Shown: positions 38,276-50,159, counted from the whole stretch's first letter. The stretch: 63,915 nt of DNA, filler included, from Octopus bimaculoides (GCF_001194135.2; 5 parts of 5 records of this genome joined end to end with filler, not necessarily neighbours in it), one strand, 5' to 3'. Notes: a model not told the origin generated them from the sequence alone. Numbers and translations: made by a program.

Positions 38276-38511
38276 CAAAATTTAGAGAAAAAAAAAGGGG
38301 GAAATAGAACCAAAAGTATGAGGGAAATGGCTTTGTTCACCATATAGGAAGAGAATAAGCAAGGATTTGTGGTAAGCAAAATGTAAATACACACACACAC
38401 ACACACAGAAATTATATTATACTAGGTATAATACTAGGCATAAATTAGAATTAATTGATCAGAATACTATGGGGTTGCACAACAACTATGTATTAATTTG
38501 GTTCAATGAAT
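38276..38511. repeat. Partner arm of the 240-bp inverted duplication
   Basis: Reverse complement of 34894-35138. Confidence 0.92.
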
Positions 38512-39094
38512 GTGAAGATAAAACCCAGATAGCCCAAACTAGATATCAGTGATTATGTAATACAATCATTTAACAATTTTAAAATCATGAATTAGTCAAA
38601 AAAAAATCCCAGATTACAAAAATAAACCAGACAACAAGCACTACTCAACCTTGTATATATACCATAAAAATATGAACATCAGCTTCATGAACAATGCAAG
38701 TAGCAACAACATTACTTATTATAACTAAATCAAGACATTCTTCTTTAGTGAAACTTGCATTCGTTTAACTAGCAGTCTTCTTATACACATTTAGAGAGAT
38801 TCATTTGTAACAATTGTGCAGTACATTAAATTAGATCTACGTACATTGACAATGATTGTCCAGTCTAAGAACAATTAAACAAAAACAATGAAAACTAACA
38901 ATAGCATGACAATTTCCTGGTTAAGTTACCCATTTATAGCAGACTACATCCATCTGACATCTTTTTTTGCATCACAAGTTTCCTGTCAGACCATTTCTTT
39001 ACAATGTGAGGACTATTTTACAACCAAGGATAAACCAACTACTTTACACTCACCCCAAAAATTATCAACTTCAAACTCTTGCAAGCTGTGTGAT

Positions 39095-39305
39095 GACTTC
39101 ACTGGTACTGGTAGTATGAAAAAAGCACCCAGCACATTTTGTAAAGTGATTGGCATTAGAGAGGGTATCTATCCAATCATAAAAACCATGCCAAAGTAGA
39201 TAGTGAAGCATGATGCAGTCTTTGGACCAGTCAGATCCTGTCAAACTGCCCAGCCCATGCCAGTATGGCACAAGGACATTAAATGATGATGAAGACAATG
39301 ATGAT
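39095..39305 (+). mobile_element. Retroposon family C copy
   Basis: aaaagcacccagcacatt...ccatgccagtatggcacaaggacattaaatgatgatga. Confidence 0.75.
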
Positions 39306-40649
39306 AAATTTTCTAAAGCAGACATTTTGTAGCACAAAAAGTAAAATGCATAAAATTTGAAACTTCTAAATTTATTTTAAATTGCAAGAATAAATAATGC
39401 ATCAATGTTTGATTAACTTTCTGAAATACAAATGAAAAATATTTTGACATAGAAATAATTTTGATCCTGAAGACACTTGGTTGAAACTGTATTTTCTATA
39501 AAGTAACACTACATTCAAACCTTTTACTTCACATATCTTTTATGTTTACTTAGTGAAACCAACAATATCTTACTTACAGACAAACATACCAGAATCTTAT
39601 GAACTGTCTAGTTAAAATTTAAATCTCATAAAAATCTCACTTTCACGAACATAAAAATTTGTCATAGTATGCTTTACTCTTTATAAATTTTGTTACCAAT
39701 TCAATCAGATTGAATGATAAGAAGTTCAGTTGACATGGTTACTAAACCAATTAGTCACTTTTGTAATACTGTTGAGAACATGTTTTTATAAATTTGAGCT
39801 ATGAGAAATTGTTCCCCACTTGCCATTGATACTAGTTGTCTGGAAAGGAACACCAGAAATATTTTCGTTAATAGTTCTTATTGCATGAAGAGAAACATAT
39901 GCAGCAGCATAAAGTTTGGAAGTCTTCAAGTTATTGCTAACTTTGTGGCATAAATCTTTAGCATCAATATTTTTGTTTCTTTTATGAATAAGGATTTTTC
40001 ACAATACTTGCAGCTCTTAAATGCATCTTCAGTAGATTGTTTTTCTTAGTATATATCCAGGAAACCAAATAAGTAATTATTTTGTTGTAGCATGTTCAAG
40101 GCAACATAGCAGGAATCTACTTTGAAATTCTGCTTTGGATTTTATGGCACTTCTTGAGCCTCAGTTGTTTCTTCCTACTGTTTCCAACTCTCTCTCTCAA
40201 AGTTTGGTAGTACCTCTAGTTTCTTTGAAAATTACTGGAAGCATCTGTCATCACAGCTACAGTTCACGAAGTAATTCTTAGAGGATAGAGCTAATAAACT
40301 TGGAAAACAACACCAACACCTATTCCATATTGTAGAAGCTTAGCAAGGGATAAATTTGTGGCAGAAAGCACAATTCCAAAGTTTTTAGCTAAATCTGACC
40401 AAAAGTTCAAAAATTTGGGAGTTGAGTGCTGTCTTGCACTTTACAAGTTGTAACTTTTCCCTGATGATTGTAGCAATATTAAAATATATTTGGAACCACA
40501 ATTACCTGTAGAATCCAGAAATGCCATTGATTTTGATGTAGGCTGGACAATAAAAATTTCAATAATAAATGAATATTTGAAGAGATCATTTAACCTCTCA
40601 GATACTGGATTTCAGAAATAATTCTTTAATGACAAAAATGTCCCACTAT

Positions 40650-41241
40650 CATTTCTCTATTATAATCAACTTTAACCTAACTGATCTGAGACTGCTCTGA
40701 TTCTATGATATAAACTTCCTGTTCTAAAGTTATTTAAATTAAAATCCATTAGAATTTCAGACTAATTTATGCCTCAAACACCAGCTAATAATGACTAAGT
40801 TATTTTACTAAATTTTCCATTGTTTTCAAAATTAATTGAAGCCAAGGCAGTGTATTTCAAATGGAATAGGGTAACAAAAGGGTTACAATGTTTGTGTATA
40901 AACCATAGGACCAAAACAAAATCTCATTAGTATCAACTTCATGCTTTGTTTTTTTTTGGGGGGGGATTATACCACAAACTTCAAACTACACTGAGAGTTG
41001 CAATTCTGGATGAAAAGTATTGGCCAAGCATTTTGTGTGGGATCTAGTAGTGAAACACTATAAGATGATTAGAGTAGGAGACAGATGTATCAGTTGGCAT
41101 GTAGCTTACTAGTTCACAGTTGTACAACATACAGAAGAAACACTTTACCTAAATCAGTGTACTTTAGAACAGGAAGTTTATATCATAGAATCAGAGCAGT
41201 CTCAGATCAGTTAGGTTAAAGTTGATTATAATAGAGAAATG
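40650..41241. repeat. Perfect 81-bp inverted repeat (40650-40730 / 41161-41241), 430-bp spacer
   Basis: catttctctattataatcaac...cttcctgttctaaagt is mirrored exactly; aaatgtccc/gggacattt extends it after an indel. Confidence 0.92.
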
Positions 41242-41294
41242 GGGGACATTTACACCAAAACTGCTCTGTCCATCTTCACTGGCTAACCACTTAC

Positions 41295-41600
41295 ACCAAC
41301 TGCGATTCCCAAATCTCTGCTACCGTATTTATGAGATAAACCGTAGCTCACAGTGCTGCATTCCCCCTCCAAAGCTGGGTCAGTTTAATACAGTTCCTAA
41401 CTTGTTTTTCTAAACTTTCAATGACCGGAAAGGGTCAGCGATCACACTCCTACGCTATAAATAGCCGTGCTTGTTGACAGGACAAAGGAAATACCATTGT
41501 CCTCAACAACCAGAATATGGTTTCAAACCCAGGTCGTGGAATAGGGACATAACGTTATTTTGTTTGTTTATCAGCGTCCGTATCAATATATATACATATG
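41295..41600 (-). promoter_or_regulatory. CpG-retaining promoter or first-exon-like region
   Basis: Local CpG retention next to a CpG-poor domain; CCGGAA ETS-like site; TATAAATA at 41456-41463; strong minus-strand donor GGT|gtaagt after 41295. Confidence 0.3.
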
Positions 41601-42069
41601 TATATAAAAAAAAAAGTAGGTATAAACACATGAACAAATAAATAAATAAAAACAAAAATAAACAAACATGTATTAACAAAGGATATAGATTATACAGGCA
41701 CTCCCCATACACACACATGCACTTACAAAACATAGACACACATTGAGGGATACGCATGCGTAGACACATACAATACGAATACAAAATACAAATTGGCTGA
41801 TAGTTAGCAAGGTGGGACACACATAAGAAAGAAGAAAGCAAAGGACCACTGATGAGGTCACAGAAGTGTGATGAAAGAACTCTGGCCAAAATAAGATTAA
41901 TGTAATGTAATGTAATATAAAGCTGAAGCAAATTAACACCAAATATACAGTGCATGTGTTTTTATTGGCTAAACTGGCAATATGACCATCCCCAAGTACA
42001 ACATCTGTTTCAACACACGATTTCACATCAAAAATCTTGCAAAACAAATATATATATATATCACTATAG

Positions 42070-42169
42070 NNNNNNNNNNNNNNNNNNNNNNNNNNNNNNN
42101 NNNNNNNNNNNNNTTAATTAATTAANNNNNNNNNNNNNNNNNNNNNNNNNNNNNNNNNNNNNNNNNNNN
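42070..42169. other. Assembly linker 44N-TTAATTAATTAA-44N
   Basis: Linker at 42114-42125. Confidence 0.95.
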
Positions 42170-42510
42170 AAGCAGGAAATGTGGTGTCAAAACAGGAAGT
42201 GTGTGTAAGGGGAGACAAGTGTTTTTAGTTAGAGTTATGAACTCTTTTTTTCCCAACAGGAAGTTTGTGTCTGTTCATAGAGAAATAAGGTCACTGAGGG
42301 GTGTGTGTGTTAAGAAATGGTTGGAATTTCTCTATGAAAAGATTCTCCTTGTTGATTCTTTCTTGTGTGGAGATTCTGTCTTTACATTGATAGAAAGGGA
42401 ATATAATGAATTTAGGGTTTTTGTTTCTGGCGCAAGAGTCTATGTGGCCACTGAGTGGAATTTGGCGGTATTGAGGGAGGTTTATTTGTTCCTTATGGAC
42501 AGCTACTCTT
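42170..42510 (-). mobile_element. Penelope-like element 3' end (GIY-YIG C-terminus plus 3' UTR)
   Basis: VHKEQINLPQYRQIPLSGHIDSC...FIIFPFYQCK...RINKENLFIEKFQPFLN, the typical Penelope EN C-terminal pattern, followed by cacttcctgtt repeats. Confidence 0.75.
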
Positions 42511-43274
42511 CTACGTACGTGTATATACGCGCATACGTACATATACGTACATATACACGTATACACACATAAACGCATACATATCTACATACATATATGT
42601 ATCCAAATATACTCTGAGGATTGTATTAGTTTGTTGCGGCGACGATACTGCTCATGTGTGTGGTGGTTTTTGTAAGTAGTATGGAGCTGACGGCGGATAA
42701 TATATTTATTTTACTGAACTGAATCTTTTCAAGAAATAACCTATGATTTAACACACACGCCTTACTACAAGTAATTTCGCAGCCACTAACATTATCATGA
42801 CAACCTACAACAATGATAAAAAAAACAGCCGACACAAACGAGAAATAAACGTCATCACCATGGCCACCACCACCACCACCACCNNNNNNNNNNCCACCAC
42901 CACCACCACCATCATCACCACCATTTACTATTATCATCTCTTTTGTTTTCCCTTCTTTTTGTCTATGGCTTCCTTTTTCTTTTCGCTTCACTCTAAGTTA
43001 TTCCCCTTAGCGTGACACAAAAGATAAGTAGATAGAAATACACGCAGATGTGCTAAGACATAAGTTGTTAAGTGTCGACTGGGAAGTGAAGTGTAACGTT
43101 TTATGAATGAAAAGATGTCTGTCATTTGAAGAAAGCCGTTTGTCGGTTGAGTGCTGGAATTAAAAATGAATGTTGTGTAATTTAAAAGAAAAAAAAATCA
43201 AAGAACTACTGAGATCATATTGCATACATTTAAGAAAGTGTCTCTTGTAATATTGCTTCCAAATTTTTTAGCAA

Positions 43275-43415
43275 AAGGCCAGCAATTTCGAGGGAGGGGT
43301 AACTCAATTACATCTGTCCGAGTACTCAATTGGTACTTAATTTATCGACTTCGAAAAGATAGAAGGCAGTGTCAACCTCGGTGGAAATTGAACTCAGAAA
43401 GGAAAGACAGGCGGA
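43275..43415 (-). mobile_element. SINE family B, degenerate
   Basis: ggtacttaatttatcgac...gtcaacctcggtggaaattgaactcagaa. Confidence 0.7.
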
Positions 43416-44040
43416 AAGCAAAGCCTGTCAATGGGTAGAGGAACTCAGTAGCGTCAACGACTATTAACCCATTACCCGAGATCACTTAAAAATTACAAAT
43501 TTCGTAATTATTTGTCAATATTTACACATATCTAACCTTTTTGCTATATCTACTAGGTATATTTCTCTGATATTCAAATGGGGATTGCTAATTTTTCACC
43601 CAATATCTCGCTTATTTCTATTTAAAATGTTATTTTGAAATGTTATTTTGATCATTCCAGCGTGTTTCTAAGGCTATTTTATGCTAGAAATCAAAGTTTC
43701 ATTAAAAAATTCCAGTTAATAGAATTGAGAGCGAAAAACTCTTAATCTTTGTTTAGAAATCTTTCTAGAAGAAGGAAGTTTCGAAATAAGACCCGTCTCA
43801 TTGCGAAGCCGGAGTTCATGCACTTGCCTTTTCCTGGACTACTTAGTTTTGTGGATGAAAGTCTTGGCAGTGTTGTGCAAGCTTCTGTTGATTCTATCGA
43901 TTGCTGTGAGCCATTGTCTTTAACACCTCGGTTGGATAATTTGTCAGTGATGGTTATACTTATCTACATGTTGAGCCACCATGTATGTATGTTTGTATGT
44001 ATGCATGCATGTATGTATGTATGTATGTATGTATGTATGT

Positions 44041-44225
44041 TCTTCGCTTTCTCTTTTTAATTTTAGAGGAAATTTTGACTGGCCACCCACTTGGTAGCAA
44101 GGTTGTGAAGGAAAGGAGCTTCTTTTAGACATCATCCTTTAAATTTTCAGAAGGTCTTGCAGATTTTTATAGTCCCAGATATCGGGATCATTTGCAGCGT
44201 ATGAATTAAGAATTTGCATTCTCTC
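44041..44225 (-). mobile_element. R4/Dong-like LINE extreme 3' fragment (copy 3), flanked by (TATG)n on both sides
   Basis: ISGTIKICKTF*KF matches the C-terminus of copy 2. Confidence 0.6.
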
Positions 44226-44304
44226 ACCAAGATCCCAAGTTGCATGTATGTCTCTATGTATGTATGTATGTATGTATGTATGTATGTATGTATGTATGTA
44301 TGTA

Positions 44305-45290
44305 TATCTCATCTATTTTTTTAAATTATTATAAATCTTCCACTGAGGAGGAAACCGGTTTCCAACAAAGATACAAGACTCCATCTTTGGGATGTAGTTA
44401 ACACAGACAAATTCACATTTGGAACTTGAGAAAAGTCTTGCATATTTTTACTGTTCTACTTACAGATTGCACTTGCAATGCACGAATTATCCGGTCGATT
44501 TCTCTTTCTGAAAATCCCAGTTTATCCAGATTCTCCTTTAAGCATTTACTAACAAAACCTAGTGCTCCAATTATTATTGGTATGAATATGAATTCATAGT
44601 CTGGATATAGAGGCTGAAGGTTTCGAAGCAGTTGTCCATAGATATCCTCTTTTTCTTTTATTTTCAAAGAGATATTTATATCTGCAGAGCAGCTGATCTC
44701 TATGATGGTACATACCTTTGCCCCTCTGTCCCAAACAACAATAGCCGGCCTCTTATGTTTACATTTGACAGAAATTTTGATGGGAATATTCCCAACAGTA
44801 TTCCTTGAGTTGGTGTTGATGAATGTATTCCATAACAGAGCGATTTTCTAAGTTTATTTCAGGACACTCTTTTTTGCGGATGGCATTGTAAAATGTGTTG
44901 GCAACAATATCGCGCCGCATAAGGAGATAGTACCGTGACGACATTTTAGGACAGTTGCTAATCACATGCGTGATGTCTTCTACAGAAACATGACATAGCC
45001 TACACGTACGGTTGCACTTTGGGATTACAAGAACGTCACTGTCTGTCTCTTGTTCACCAGGTACTTCGTGGCAATCTCCTGTTCCTGGATTGCAAACGCA
45101 TAGTCTTCAAAGTGTGATGTGATGTAGTGGACTTGTGTTGAAGAAAGGCTACGCTTCGTGTCAATTCCACAGTCTTCCTCAAGCTTCTGGGCAACATACC
45201 CGTGCATAGTGTTTTTGTTATTTTGTATGCTGAATGCTTTCCATCCAAGTTTTCTCTGTTTTGGGGCTCTATAGGAGGTCATCAGGAAGA
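44305..45290 (-). mobile_element. R4/Dong-like RLE LINE, 5'-truncated (copy 2)
   Basis: AFAIQEQEIATKY...CRLCHVSVEDITHVISNCP (CCHC)...HKRPAIVVWD..KVCTIEISC (decayed PD..E RLE)...IIIGALG...KICKTFLKFQM*. Confidence 0.9.
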
Positions 45291-45733
45291 GAGAGCTTCT
45301 TTAGGAACTCACATACATACATACATACATACATACATACATACATACATACGTACGTACGTACTACGTAGGTATGTATGTAAGAATGTTTACGTATTTC
45401 AGTGGATTTATTGATTTTACGGCTGCGTATATGTATATGAAAAGACAGAACGTCAATAGAAATTTGACATAGTGGAACAAAATGATCTCGGTCCCGGGTG
45501 GATGGGTACTCTCAATGCACAAAGGACTCTGAGGTTTTAAGGAAGGGCTCAGCAGATTATCATCGGTCTCTTCTTGGTCCGCCCGGGCTTCCAGAGCAAT
45601 TCACTGGCTGACCTCCTCCTCTCTTACAAATCTCGCATGTATGTCCAGTTGCGTGCGTATGTGGAGGCACGGTTTATGTAGAATTTCCATATATTTGTAG
45701 TCTTATGCATAAGCATGTTCAGGTGGGTTTGTA

Positions 45734-46834
45734 GAAAGTGCATTCTAGAAGCTTTGATACTTTTTCAGGAGAGACATTTATTTCTTAGAAGTATAAAACT
45801 CTAATATTCTGCGAAGTAGGATATTCTGACTACAATTCAACTGCTGTAGCACTCCAGCCACTTCGTGAAGGCCCCATGAAAGTCCTCAAAAGTGAAAGTG
45901 TTCAGGACCTTTGTCGCAGCCTCCTTCAGCTTGGGGAAAAACAAAATGTCACAAGGAGCTGAGCTGTAGGGAGGGTAAGGGACAGTTTTGATGTCTATCA
46001 TAATCAAGTAATTGGTTACCAGGATGGCATTGTGGACCGGTGCATTGTCTTGGTGCACGTGTTCTGGCCTTTTACGTCGAAATCTCTTCCTGAACTCACT
46101 CTCAACCACCACACAGTACTCTTTGCTGATTGTTTGGACAGAGGGAAACCAGTAGATATAGATGACGCGTTTACTGTCGAAAAAAGGGAATCATCATGAG
46201 CTGCCCGAAGAATTTACTTTACCTGATTTCCTGTGCCTGAGAACAATAGGTGCTCTACTGATACAAATTGATCCATAAGCAATTTGGAGTATTTTGTAAG
46301 TTTTTGTAGCGTTTTTGCCCAATTTAACACAAAACTTTTACACACAGCAATCTTCCAGATTATCTTCATGTCTCGACTGCTTTCTGCAAGCAGTGTTTAG
46401 TAGGTTGTGTCCATAGTGCTGTTACAGCCGTTTCCTTCAATCTGGAACAACGAATATTGGTAGGTCAGCTTATTAGATGGGTAGTAATGATATGCTATAC
46501 TATATGCAAGGCGGTGAGCTAGCAGAAACGTTAGCACGCCGGGCGAAATGCTTAGAAGTATTTCGTCTGCCGTTACGTTCTGAGTTCAAATTCCTCCGAG
46601 GTCGACTTTGCCTTTCATCCTTTCGGAGTCGATAAACTAAATAGCAGTCACGCTCTGGGGTTCATCTAATCGACTTAATCTCTTGGCCTGCCCTTGTTTG
46701 TCCCCTCTATGTTTAGACCCTTGTGGGCAATAAAGAAATAAGTAATGATATAGTATACTAAACTTACAATAATCTAGGACAGTTATAACTGCCTCTCCTA
46801 AAAAAAAGTCTCAAAACTTCCGGAATGCAGCTCG
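45734..46834 (-). mobile_element. Internally deleted mariner with a nested SINE B
   Basis: Degenerate TIRs (TA)gaaagtgcattctagaagctttgatact / agtctcaaaacttccggaatgcagctcg(TA); HQDNAPVH...PYS..APCD..FFPKLK. Confidence 0.75.
46508..46742 (+). mobile_element. SINE family B, complete
   Basis: ggcggtgagctagcagaaacgttagcacgccgggcgaaatgc...gagttcaaattcc. Confidence 0.88.
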
Positions 46835-47035
46835 TACGTAGGTGAGTTCAAATATTTGTAGATGCGTTCAAGTAATTCTGTATTTGTAGTCGTCTGCACA
46901 TGTATACGTGCATGTTTGTATTCATGTGAGCACACGTGTGTGTTTGTGTATGCGTCTACTTGTGTATATTTGTGCGGGTGTTTTCTGAGCATCTATAAGT
47001 GCACGCATGCGTGTACGTGTATGCGTGCATGTATG

Positions 47036-47119
<84 letters not shown>

Positions 47120-47808
47120 NNNNNNNNNNNNNNNNNNNNNNNNNNNNNNNNNNNNNNNNNNNNNNNNNNNNNNNNNNNNNNNNNNNNNNNNNNNNNNNNN
47201 NNNNNNNNNNNNNNNNNNNNNNNNNNNNNNNNNNNNNNNNNNNNNNNNNNNNNNNNNNNNNNNNNNNNNNNNNNNNNNNNNNNNNNNNNNNNNNNNNNNN
47301 NNNNNNNNNNNNNNNNNNNNNNNNNNNNNNNNNNNNNNNNNNNNNNNNNNNNNNNNNNNNNNNNNNNNNNNNNNNNNNNNNNNNNNNNNNNNNNNNNNNN
47401 NNNNNNNNNNNNNNNNNNNNNNNNNNNNNNNNNNNNNNNNNNNNNNNNNNNNNNNNNNNNNNNNNNNNNNNNNNNNNNNNNNNNNNNNNNNNNNNNNNNN
47501 NNNNNNNNNNNNNNNNNNNNNNNNNNNNNNNNNNNNNNNNNNNNNNNNNNNNNNNNNNNNNNNNNNNNNNNNNNNNNNNNNNNNNNNNNNNNNNNNNNNN
47601 NNNNNNNNNNNNNNNNNNNNNNNNNNNNNNNNNNNNNNNNNNNNNNNNNNNNNNNNNNNNNNNNNNNTGTGCGTGTGTATTTGTGCGTGTATGTTATGTA
47701 TTTAAAGTATGTTGTTGTAGTCGTTGCGTATTTTTGGTCAATAACTGCAATTAGAAGAGACATTAAAAGTAAGACAATAAACTCTCTCCACAAACTGACA
47801 ACAACAAT

Positions 47809-47844
<36 letters not shown>

Positions 47845-49284
47845 TGTAGTAGTAGTAGTAGTAGCAGCAATGATCTGTTTTAGGTTTCATGTTTTATGTT
47901 GGCCAATCCAGTCTTGTTTTCAAACTAAAGCAATAACAATAAAGAAGGGAATAAATAACATATAAAAGACTAGAAAAAAACATAAACAACACTTATTCAT
48001 GACGACGACGACGACCACTCCCACCCTCACCCTCACCACCGCTGTAACTGCCACGACCACCATCACGACGACGACGACCACCACCACCACCACCCTCACG
48101 CCTCACTCGAACCAGTGTGGATACTTTGACGTGGTCATTCGATCTACAATCTATAGTTGCCAAATCTCATTCACAATCACACACTATACTGTCTACGAAA
48201 GAAAGGACATATTGGAAAATGTAGTCCTAGATGGTCATGGATGACATAAACACTTTCCCCCCTCTCTTCACATACACGAAGAGAAATATGCTCACAGAGA
48301 GAGGGGGGGGAGAAAGAAAGACAAAGATGAGAAAGAAAGCGAGAGGTGAAGGAGAAAACGAGAGAACGAGAGAAACATTAAAATGTTTGAGGTCAAATAA
48401 GTCAGCGTCCAATCAGCGACGCCAAACAAGCGGCTCTAAAGCGACTCTGTTAAAACTTTTCAGACCCATTCAAGTTATCCTCAGACTAGAATCTTCATCT
48501 CTGTTTTTACAATAAGGGTGGATTGCCAATAACAGTAATCTTAAACGGAACAAAAGATTAGCTCTACATCACAGAAACAACTACAGCCTAACGGACAAGC
48601 TTTGATTTAGTTCTCGTTTTCCCAGTTCTACTCATAGTTTTGGTTCAACTCGGGATTATGAGGAATGGTAATACCTCAGGGGACACGCATTGTGAAGTTG
48701 AATCTGGAATCGCGCGAGAGCAAAGTGAACGGCTTGTGCTCTACTCTAGTGTTTCTCTTTCATTTTTGTTGTTCATTCAGGGAAGATGAATGTCGAGGCA
48801 CCCTTTTGGGGTCAGGGTAGTGATATTTGGTCCCTGGTACTACTAGTAGTAGTGGTGCTGATGGCATTATTGTAGTTCTTGTTTACCCCTAGGTCAATCC
48901 TACATATACAAACCGAAGACCAGAAGCGCTCAATCAATGAATCATTTTATGGGAGTATAATGCGCCCAGGTCTATATTACTATGTCAATCAATCTTCTTT
49001 TCAAGATGATTTGGCTGCTATTTCTAGTTTGCTATATACTTGTGTCATTCATACTCGCTCTAAACTATTGCTACCATCCCCTTCTGCATTCCTTAGAGAC
49101 GACCTAAATTCTTATAAATGTAACTTGTTGCTCACAACAGATTCACTCAGTTTGAAGAATCACAAGATAAAACTGTCTGGTAATCAGCTTTGTTGAATAT
49201 ATTCCGTCCAAATCCCAAAATGAATATGACTCTACATACGGAACCGAGGATTCATTTTCTTGACGGTAGTCTTCGTTCATAGTA

Positions 49285-49390
49285 CAGGGTGTCCACAATA
49301 AAATCATAACATAAACAATTAGATATAAGAAATAATTATTTCTTAAAGTATGTGTTAAACTCCATGTACCCAGACTTTGTGAACACCCTG
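49285..49390. mobile_element. Tc1-type MITE, 106 bp, TA TSD
   Basis: TA-cagggtgtccacaa ... ttgtgaacaccctg-TA. Confidence 0.8.
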
Positions 49391-49483
49391 TACATAAACC
49401 CTTCCTCCATATATATACACATACTCACGCGTGTACATAAGTACACACATATATGTATACATATATATATAAATATACACATA

Positions 49484-49528
<45 letters not shown>

Positions 49529-49745
49529 CGCGCATATATATATAAATATATATCATATATATAATATATACAGAATGGCCAAAAGTCACCCGACAGTAAA
49601 TCAAAAATTCTATAAATACTTAATATTCAATTTTATTTATTCATTCCAATTGTGAATGTTTAATAATTGAATGCTGTGAGTTAAAAGCACCGTTTTTTTT
49701 TCAACATTTGTCAATTTATTGGCGAAGTCTCATAAAATATTTTTT

Positions 49746-49845
49746 NNNNNNNNNNNNNNNNNNNNNNNNNNNNNNNNNNNNNNNNNNNNTTAATTAATTA
49801 ANNNNNNNNNNNNNNNNNNNNNNNNNNNNNNNNNNNNNNNNNNNN
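49746..49845. other. Assembly linker 44N-TTAATTAATTAA-44N
   Basis: Linker at 49790-49801. Confidence 0.95.
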
Positions 49846-49849
49846 ATAT

Positions 49850-50125
49850 ATATAGTCCCGCTGGACTGGCTCTTGTGCGGGTGGCACATAAAATACATCA
49901 TTTTGAGCGTGGCCATTGCCAGTACCCCCTGATTGGCCTTCATGCCGGTGGCACGTAAAACCACCCACTACACTGTCTGAGTGGTTGGCATTAGGAAGGG
50001 CATCCAGCTGTAGAAACTCTGCCAAATCAGATTGGAGCCTGGTGTAGCCATCTGGTTTCACCAGTCCTCGGTCAAATCGTCCAACCCATGCTAGCATGGA
50101 AAGCGGACATTAAACGATGATGATA
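49850..50125 (+). mobile_element. Retroposon family C, well-preserved copy
   Basis: ...catgctagcatggaaagcggacattaaacgatgatgat. Confidence 0.85.
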
Positions 50126-50159
50126 TATATATATATGTATGTATGTGTGTGTGTGTATG

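Noticed and set aside
34894-38511. A 3.6-kb DNA transposon with 240-bp TIRs
   Set aside because: The LINE 5' part and its TSD lie between the arms while the LINE body lies outside; there is no TSD or transposase.
41471-41552. H/ACA snoRNA (AGAATA box, ACA)
   Set aside because: The first hairpin has no pseudouridylation pocket and the second is too short and weak.
44340-44365. CTGAGGA..GAAACCGGTT as a hammerhead in the R4 3' UTR
   Set aside because: No stem II and no stem I pairing, and it is antisense to the element; better read as a ggaaaccggtttcc palindrome.
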